This document shows, in pieces, positions 57,612 to 64,000 of a DNA stretch of 64,000 nucleotides; within the stretch, counting starts at the first letter, position 1, and every line of letters starts with the position of its first letter. The stretch is from Candidatus Parcubacteria bacterium (GTDB taxonomy: Bacteria; Patescibacteriota; Minisyncoccia; UBA6257; 2-01-FULL-56-20): NCBI GenBank assembly GCA_027324805.1, contig DAHVRZ010000001.1, forward strand, positions 2,945 through 66,944. Reading direction: 5' to 3'. The position numbers and the translations under genes were made by a program. The notes beneath the pieces are model-generated. The model did not search any database. It was not told the DNA's origin and saw only the letters and a program-made list of their open reading frames with translations.

Positions 57612-58205
57612 TCATGTTTTTGCGTTCAAAATTTTAAGCGCCGCCTTCAGCCGCTCCTCTGCGCCTTTCATATCGGCATCCACCCTTCCAAGCGCTGCCC
57701 GCGCCTCATCGCGGCGATAACCGAGGCCGGTGAGCGCCTCCACAAGGTCCGAATCGGTTTCCATTTTTTCCACCATAGATCCCGAGTGCGTTGATTCCAC
57801 TTTCGTCTTTAATTCAAGGATCACGCGTTCGGCCGTCTTTCTGCCGATCCCCGCGGCACGGGTAAGGAGGTCCGGTCGGTTCTCCTTGATCGCCGCGGCG
57901 AGCTCGTCGAGGGGCCCCGTATCGAGGATTGCGAGTGCCGACTTCGGGCCCACGCCCGATACGCCGATCAGCATTTCGAAGAAATCGCGTTCCGCTTCCG
58001 AAGAAAAGCCGTATAAGTCGAGTGCATCCTCTTTCACGTGAAGATGCGAGAAAAGCGCCACACTCCCCGCGTTCTCGCCGCCTACGGCCGGAAGCGCCGC
58101 AATCGTCGCTTTGCTTGCAGAAAGCTTTAATCCCACGCCACCCGCCTCCACAACGACAAAGCTTTCCCCTTTGAATGCCAATTTCCCGGAAACGCTGTAG
58201 ATCAT
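57612..58205 (-). CDS. ruvA: Holliday junction branch migration protein RuvA
   Basis: VKEDA..LYGF, VSGVGPKSA, GIGRKTAERV.LELK, ALTGLGY. Confidence 0.95.
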   Translation of the reverse strand: MIYSVSGKLAFKGESFVVVEAGGVGLKLSASKATIAALPAVGGENAGSVALFSHLHVKEDALDLYGFSSEAERDFFEMLIGVSGVGPKSALAILDTGPLDELAAAIKENRPDLLTRAAGIGRKTAERVILELKTKVESTHSGSMVEKMETDSDLVEALTGLGYRRDEARAALGRVDADMKGAEERLKAALKILNAKT

Positions 58206-58278
58206 ACGCTTATTATAAACTTGGCCCGCCTAAAACATAGCCCTTGCAAAAACACAGCTTTCCTTTATAATAGTTCCC

Positions 58279-58554
58279 ATGCCGATAACCAGCTCAGCCA
58301 AGAAGGCTCTCCGCCAGAACGTCACCCGCCGCAAACGGAATGTTGTAAAAAAGGATACTTACAAGAAAGCCGTCACGGACTATCGCAAACTCATCATCGC
58401 AAAGAAGTTCGACGAAGCCGCGAAGGCATTCCCCGCGGTATTCAAGGCCCTCGATAAGGCCGCCAAGACGAAGGTGATCGAAAAGAACAAGGCAAGCCGC
58501 CTTAAGTCCCGCCTCGCTCAGCTCACCAGCAGATCGACCAAGGCTTCTTCGTAG
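58279..58554 (+). CDS. rpsT: 30S ribosomal protein S20
   Basis: MPITSSAKKALRQ, DKAAK..VI.KNKASRLKSRL. Confidence 0.95.
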   Translation: MPITSSAKKALRQNVTRRKRNVVKKDTYKKAVTDYRKLIIAKKFDEAAKAFPAVFKALDKAAKTKVIEKNKASRLKSRLAQLTSRSTKASS

Positions 58555-59312
58555 TCCACCTTACCCGACTTGACCGCAAGGTCATACTCCGCCATGTGCG
58601 GAGTTTTTTCTTGCCACTGGGCGGCAAGGATATTGAAAATCTTCGCCGGAGGGTCCGAAAGGGCGAGCATGGACTCGAAGGCATAGAGTCGGCTGCGAAG
58701 ATCGAGACTTTTGAGACCGTTCATCAGTGCCCAGTAATTCGGCGCCACCTCGAGATCAAATTCAATAAGATCGTTTTTTTCTATCATCTTCGCACCGCGT
58801 GCAGCGGAAAATCCCGCAAGCTTCTCGAGCTCCGTAACAAGACCCCAGGTATCCCCTTGGAATACGTTTGCGAGAAGCTGCGCTGCCGCCGGAGCGAGGT
58901 TCGCGCCGCGTTCCTTTGCAGCTGCCTTTATAAACGCAAGCCACTCCGCTCCCGTGAGAGCGTCGAATTTCTGTGAAATCGCCGGCTTTTCAAGAAGGAA
59001 TGCGAGCGCCTTCACTGGTTTGTCTTTTTCGGAGAGAAGGATGGTGCTTTCTTTTGTTTCGAGGAACGGTTTAAGGAACTTTGCGAGCTGTTTTGCTTCG
59101 AGTTCGAATGCATTTTCAACCAGCACGAGCTTCGGCACGTCGAAAAGCGACCGTGTCCTCAGGAATTCCTCCGCCGCCGTCTGCATATTCTTATTTTCAA
59201 AATCGAACGCTTCGAGGCCCATAGCCGAACGCTTTTTGACGAATTCCGCGATCACGGCGCGTTTCTTTTCCGTCCGCCGGTAGTCGTCGTGGCCGTAAAG
59301 AAAAACGATCAT
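58518..59312 (-). CDS. holA: DNA polymerase III delta subunit-like
   Basis: MIVFLYG.DDYR, SLF, ELEKL, D..VKSG; adjacent to rpsT. Confidence 0.8.
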   Translation of the reverse strand: MIVFLYGHDDYRRTEKKRAVIAEFVKKRSAMGLEAFDFENKNMQTAAEEFLRTRSLFDVPKLVLVENAFELEAKQLAKFLKPFLETKESTILLSEKDKPVKALAFLLEKPAISQKFDALTGAEWLAFIKAAAKERGANLAPAAAQLLANVFQGDTWGLVTELEKLAGFSAARGAKMIEKNDLIEFDLEVAPNYWALMNGLKSLDLRSRLYAFESMLALSDPPAKIFNILAAQWQEKTPHMAEYDLAVKSGKVDYEEALVDLLVS

Positions 59313-59397
59313 ACCGTAAGGATAGTTCGTTTATCCACAAAATCAAATTGCGAATGTCGTCCATGCGGCATTACTATGAATATCAGGAGGGACCACG

Positions 59398-59730
59398 ATG
59401 GTTTCCTATTTCATCCCCATCTCCCCCGAACTCGCCGCGGCAGCGCGCCGCGAAGTATTCAGGGCGCACATCTCATCATTAACACTGCAGGAAAAGTTCT
59501 GCTTTGAAGGCGATTTTAAAAGGGTCGCCGCCTGGATAGGCCTCGGATGTCCAAGAGTTAAATGGCCCGAGCTCCGCAACGATCTTATCCGCGTCTCAAG
59601 CCGCCTCCGCAACATTGCGAACCTGACATCCGCCGAAAAGGATGCGATGGAACGCCTGTTCCGGGAATCGATTAAGCAGGAACCCGACTTCAAAATCGTA
59701 CGAATGCTCTGGGCTTATATTGAGGCCTGA
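59398..59730 (+). CDS. Hypothetical protein (orphan, SD-led)
   Basis: TACTAT and CAGGAGGG upstream; GGCGATCGC-CCC-GCGATCGCC terminator. Confidence 0.65.
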   Translation: MVSYFIPISPELAAAARREVFRAHISSLTLQEKFCFEGDFKRVAAWIGLGCPRVKWPELRNDLIRVSSRLRNIANLTSAEKDAMERLFRESIKQEPDFKIVRMLWAYIEA

Positions 59731-59767
59731 TGATAAAAATCGGCGATCGCCCCCGCGATCGCCTTTT

Positions 59768-61492
59768 CTATTTCCCTTTTTCTTTATCGGCCGCGGCACG
59801 GCGTTCGCCGGCTACCTTCACGAATTCACGGAAGAGCGGATTGGGGCGCATGGGCCGCGACTTGAGCTCGGGATGGAACTGCGCACCCGCAAAGAACGGA
59901 TGGATCTTTTTGGGAAGCTCCATTACTTCCATAAGCCGCCGCGACGGTGATTGTCCGGAGAAGACGATGCCCGCGCGTTCCAGCCGCTTCACGAACACCG
60001 GATTCACCTCGAAACGATGGCGGTGTCTTTCGCTGATCCTCGTCACGCCATAGGCGCGTTCCGCGATCGTTCCTTTCTTGAGCACGGCAGGATAAGCGCC
60101 GAGACGCATCGTCGCGCCATACTTCTTTTCCGCTATAAGCTTCTTCTGCTCCAGGAGAATGTCTATGACGGGATGCTTTGTTGCCGGATTGATCTCTGTC
60201 GTGTTCGCGTCCTTCCAGCCAAGCACATTGCGCGCAATTTCGATCGTGGCAAGTTGCATGCCATAACAAAGCCCTAAATATGGGATCTTCCGCTCGCGGC
60301 AGTAACGGATCGCCTCCAGCTTTCCCTCCACTCCTCTCGCGCCGAAACCGCCGGGGACGATGACTCCGTCGTATAAATCGAGTTCGCTCAGATTCTCCGC
60401 GGCGACAGCAGCCGCCTTCGCCACACTTTCCTTCGCCCCCCCAGCTCTGGTTGCGCGCACTTCGAAATCCTCCGAATCGATCCAGTGGATCTGAGGTTTG
60501 AACCCCCAGTGCGCTGCAGCATGTCTGATTGCTTCAATAACAGAAAGATACGAATCGGCAAGCACAAACTTTCCGCTCGAGAAATATTTGCCCACAATAC
60601 CAATATTCACCGGCTGCGTCGCTCCGTCCATGCGCTCCACGAGCGCGCGCCATTCCTTAAGGTCTTTCTTTGGCGGACGGAGGTCGAGCTTCGCAAGGAT
60701 CTTGTTCCCGAAATTATCCTTTTCAAAATTAATGGGGATGTCATAGATATCGTCCACATCCGGCGCGGAGATGACATCTTCCTCGCTCACACTGCAATTG
60801 AATGCGATCTTCTCTTTCCGCTTCTCGTCGATGGGATACTTCGCCCGCGCGAGAATGAAATCGGGCTGGAGGCCGACGCTGTTCAACGCACGCACCGCAT
60901 GCTGGGTGGGCTTGGTCTTCAGCTCATTGTCGTCATTCATTATCGGAAGGTGGCTCACGAGAATGAGCACGACGTCCTTCGGAAATTTTATCTTCAGCAT
61001 ACGCACCGCTTCGAGAAACAGAATGTTCTCATACTCACCTGCGGTACCCCCGATTTCCGTGATCGCTATCTTCGCCTTCGCGAGTTCCGCCGCCTTGCGT
61101 ATCCGCTCGATCACCTCCATTGGAATATACGGGACCACGCTCACTGAGCGACCGCCGTAACCCATGCTGCGCTCACGCTCAATCACGGTCTTATAGACGC
61201 TGCCCGTTGTCATATAGTTCACGCCCGAAAGATCCCTATCGAGGAAGCGTTCGTAGTTCCCCATATCCTGATCGCACTCCGTACCGTCATCCAAAACAAA
61301 AACCTCACCGTGCTCGGTGGGGTTCATGGTGCCGGCGTCCACATTGACGTATGGATCGATCTTGAGGGACGTCACCTCGATCCCGCGGGACTGCAGAATC
61401 TTTGCTATAGAGGATGAAGCGACCCCTTTCCCGACACCCGACATCACTCCTCCGACGACAAAAATGAATTTTGTGTTCGGGGAAGCGCTCAT
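59768..61492 (-). CDS. pyrG: CTP synthase
   Basis: GGVMSGVGKG, KIDPYVNVDAGTMNP, KTKPTQ, GLCYGMQ, QFHPE. Confidence 0.97.
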   Translation of the reverse strand: MSASPNTKFIFVVGGVMSGVGKGVASSSIAKILQSRGIEVTSLKIDPYVNVDAGTMNPTEHGEVFVLDDGTECDQDMGNYERFLDRDLSGVNYMTTGSVYKTVIERERSMGYGGRSVSVVPYIPMEVIERIRKAAELAKAKIAITEIGGTAGEYENILFLEAVRMLKIKFPKDVVLILVSHLPIMNDDNELKTKPTQHAVRALNSVGLQPDFILARAKYPIDEKRKEKIAFNCSVSEEDVISAPDVDDIYDIPINFEKDNFGNKILAKLDLRPPKKDLKEWRALVERMDGATQPVNIGIVGKYFSSGKFVLADSYLSVIEAIRHAAAHWGFKPQIHWIDSEDFEVRATRAGGAKESVAKAAAVAAENLSELDLYDGVIVPGGFGARGVEGKLEAIRYCRERKIPYLGLCYGMQLATIEIARNVLGWKDANTTEINPATKHPVIDILLEQKKLIAEKKYGATMRLGAYPAVLKKGTIAERAYGVTRISERHRHRFEVNPVFVKRLERAGIVFSGQSPSRRLMEVMELPKKIHPFFAGAQFHPELKSRPMRPNPLFREFVKVAGERRAAADKEKGK

Positions 61493-61541
61493 GTGCATTA
61501 TTATACACGAGACAAATCCAGGACTGCAAATTGCTTTCTCC

Positions 61542-62888
61542 CTAGAATAAATCCGCCGCGCTCACTTCGTGTTTCGGCACCAAATTCGGATCTGTTGGAA
61601 TGGCGAGAGAGATGGTCGTTCCCCGTCCAAGTTCCGATTCTGCCCAGATCTGGCCTCCATGGGCCTCAACGATCCCTTTGGCCATATAAAGGCCGAGTCC
61701 GGAACCCTCCGTTTGCGCTTTTACGGCATTGTTGGCACGGTAAAACTTACTGAACAGCTTCGCAACCGATTCCGGAGGAATGCCGATGCCCGTATCCCTC
61801 ACGCTTACCACGAGATACGGCTTATCCTGCAGGCGATCTACCTTTACCGTTATCTCGCCGTTCTCGACATTGTAGCGGATGGCATTCTCAAGAATGTTCG
61901 TGAGCGCAATGGAGAGTCTCTTGGGATCGATCATCACCATCGGAAGCTCCCCCGAAGGTCTATCAAGATAGATCTTCACCCCCGCCTTGCGCGCCGCAGG
62001 AAGAACTCCCGCGAGCACGCCATTCACATACTGCAGAAGGTCGGTGCTTTCGAACGAATATCCCATCTGCCCATCCTCCATCTTCGCGATGCTCAATAGG
62101 TCTTCAATGCGCGCGAGAAGATTTTGGCTCGCTGCGGCAGCCGTCTGAGCGATCATTTTGTCGGTTTCATTCAGCTCCTGTGCCTGCGTAAGCGACTGGA
62201 GTGCCCAGTTAATATCCGTCACCGGACCGCGAAGCTGGTGCGAGGCCACCGTGACAAACTCGTCTTTTGATCGCAGCGCGGAAATCTGCGGTGTGCGGTC
62301 GCGGATGATCTTTACAAATGCAATCGTGCGCCCATTCTCGTCCGCAACGGGCGCCGTTGATATCCGGAGTTCAAGCTCCGGATCCGTAAGCGAAACATCC
62401 GCCACCTGCGGCACCTCCCCTTCGGCGCTCTTCGGTACGACGCGCGGGGCGAGCGACGGGAAAATCACCTGCGCAAGCGTCCTCCATCCTCCCGACGACT
62501 CCGCGTCGCGCGGGGAAAGCACGTGCCCGATCGCAGCGGAAGCGTCGATCCCGAACAATTTTTCGGCCGCATGATTGAAGAAGCTTATCCGAAAATCGCC
62601 CCCGTACATTATGAGTGAATCTTCAATCGCCCCCATGATGCTTTTTATCTCGCCCTGGCCGCCCGATGCGAGCTCGGCAACACTCCGCCGCTTCGACGTC
62701 CGGAGCGCCACAAAGAAAAGGGCTGCGATGGAAAGAAGGGCCGCCACCTCCCCGATCATGAATGGCAAGGGCATCCCTCCGGCGGCTGCAATCCCGACAG
62801 CAACCACAACCGCCACAATAAAGAGCCATGCCGCAAGCGGCAGCGGCGCACCGGCCGTTTTTTTAGATGTAGATTCTGCTTTTGCCAA
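61542..62888 (-). CDS. PAS-domain sensor histidine kinase (TTG start inferred)
   Basis: Two TMs, PAS, ASHQLRGP, NAIRYN, DTGIGI, GSGLGLY; TATCAT 7 nt before TTG. Confidence 0.9.
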   Translation of the reverse strand: MAKAESTSKKTAGAPLPLAAWLFIVAVVVAVGIAAAGGMPLPFMIGEVAALLSIAALFFVALRTSKRRSVAELASGGQGEIKSIMGAIEDSLIMYGGDFRISFFNHAAEKLFGIDASAAIGHVLSPRDAESSGGWRTLAQVIFPSLAPRVVPKSAEGEVPQVADVSLTDPELELRISTAPVADENGRTIAFVKIIRDRTPQISALRSKDEFVTVASHQLRGPVTDINWALQSLTQAQELNETDKMIAQTAAAASQNLLARIEDLLSIAKMEDGQMGYSFESTDLLQYVNGVLAGVLPAARKAGVKIYLDRPSGELPMVMIDPKRLSIALTNILENAIRYNVENGEITVKVDRLQDKPYLVVSVRDTGIGIPPESVAKLFSKFYRANNAVKAQTEGSGLGLYMAKGIVEAHGGQIWAESELGRGTTISLAIPTDPNLVPKHEVSAADLF

Positions 62889-62916
62889 TGCCTTAATGAT
62901 ACCCCAAACTATCCCA

Positions 62917-63888
62917 TTAAAACAGCGCTTTTTGCCCATCCGCCATACCGGAACCCTGCCCGTTTCCCCTCTTTTCCTTCCCGGAAGCCTGCTTTGCACC
63001 CGAAACTCCCGCATCGCTTTCGTATATCCTTTTAAGCAACGTCGCAAATCCCATGGTTATAAAATATTCCTCGATGTGCTTGTCTTTTATATCGGCATGC
63101 GGCGCAAGATCCCCGATCGGCGGAATCACGATAGGCACGTGCCGCTCGAGCACCACGAGATCACGCGACTGTTCGGCCGCGGCGCGATGGGGCGTGATCT
63201 TTTTTTCGAGCATCGCATCTTCGCCATGTGCGGCGGTATCAAGTATCTTATCGAGTGATCCGAATTTCTGCAGAAGCTCTACTGCGGTCTTCGGCCCGAT
63301 GCCCGGTACGCCTTTTATATTGTCCGATGCGTCCCCAACGAGCGCTTTATAGTCCACCATCTGCCCCGGCGTGACGCCAAACTTTTCCTTTACGGACGCC
63401 TCGTCATAGATCATCGTATCGCTCACCCCTTTGATGAATGTCTGCACGAACACGTGGCCGTCTTCGACCAGCTGGAGCGTATCGCGATCGCCCGTAAGGA
63501 TAACCACCTTCACTCCCTCCTCCCGACGGAACCGTTCCGCGAATGTCGCAATAAGGTCGTCGGCCTCATACCCCGGAGCTTCGAACGTGGGGATGCCGAA
63601 TGCGGCGAAGAGCGCATGCGCTTCCACGATCTGCGCAATGAGTTCATTGGGCGCGGGGGGGCGTTGGGCTTTGTACTCGGCATATTTCTGTTCACGGAAT
63701 GTTGGCTCGGGCCGATCAAAGAGTGCCACGGCATAGTCGGGCCGATCCTCGCGCCAAAGCTTCAATAAGATACTCGCTATACCGTAAATCGCCCCGCTCG
63801 GCCTCCCGTCCGGCGCCGTGAATGGCGGTATCGCGTGGAACGACCTATGGATGATCGAATTTGCGTCGATGAGGAGCAGTTTTTTCAT
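62917..63888 (-). CDS. Stand-alone 5'-3' exonuclease (PolA N-terminal/FEN-like)
   Basis: LLLIDAN...RSFHA, YKAQR, EADD, TGDRD, GDASDNIKGVPGIGPKTA; no polymerase domain. Confidence 0.9.
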   Translation of the reverse strand: MKKLLLIDANSIIHRSFHAIPPFTAPDGRPSGAIYGIASILLKLWREDRPDYAVALFDRPEPTFREQKYAEYKAQRPPAPNELIAQIVEAHALFAAFGIPTFEAPGYEADDLIATFAERFRREEGVKVVILTGDRDTLQLVEDGHVFVQTFIKGVSDTMIYDEASVKEKFGVTPGQMVDYKALVGDASDNIKGVPGIGPKTAVELLQKFGSLDKILDTAAHGEDAMLEKKITPHRAAAEQSRDLVVLERHVPIVIPPIGDLAPHADIKDKHIEEYFITMGFATLLKRIYESDAGVSGAKQASGKEKRGNGQGSGMADGQKALF

Positions 63889-64000
63889 AAAATCTTTATC
63901 TTTCGCACACCTTCTTTTTTATCATACTCGAATTTTATCCGGGTCGCGCCGCGCGGTATCGCATCTTTTATGCGCTCGCCCCACTCTATGAGCACTATGT

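Noticed and set aside
1..64000. CRISPR array, rRNA, IS elements, alternative genetic code
   Set aside because: No spaced direct repeats, rRNA-like tracts or transposases were seen; TGA ends conserved genes (for example ruvA and holA), so code 11 applies.

Overview
High-GC chromosomal segment of a Patescibacteria (CPR), most likely Parcubacteria, bacterium using genetic code 11. The taxonomy is inferred from gene content and order: secG beside a solo family-5 SBP, pilin-like adhesins, a membrane-anchored ClpA-like ATPase, an IleRS with an inserted domain, and only lower-glycolysis enzymes. Most of the window is housekeeping (rnj, trpS, ileS, argS, smpB, tmRNA, two tRNAs, pyk-eno-gpmI, infC-rpmI-rplT, polX, udg, lexA-like, truD, def, murE, ruvA, rpsT, holA, pyrG). 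About 11 single-gene units with their own promoter, Shine-Dalgarno (SD) and usually a terminator are interspersed. Best candidates for new biology: (1) a tandem PanD-like pyruvoyl enzyme whose two domains keep complementary halves of the active site and lack the aspartate-specificity Arg, next to a divergent CysK/M-like PLP enzyme and a CofE-like amide ligase; (2) a mirror-symmetric bidirectional promoter joining an ECF sigma/anti-sigma operon to a flavinylation-type electron-transfer operon; (3) an IleRS2 with a GIHH motif and an inserted histidine-phosphatase domain; (4) apparently leaderless core genes versus SD-led accessory genes; (5) a Phe-rich 32-aa sORF divergent from lexA and an unclassified ~85-nt hairpin RNA candidate. 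No CRISPR array, rRNA, transposase, integrase or reverse transcriptase was seen. All family calls come from motif recognition by eye, not database searches.
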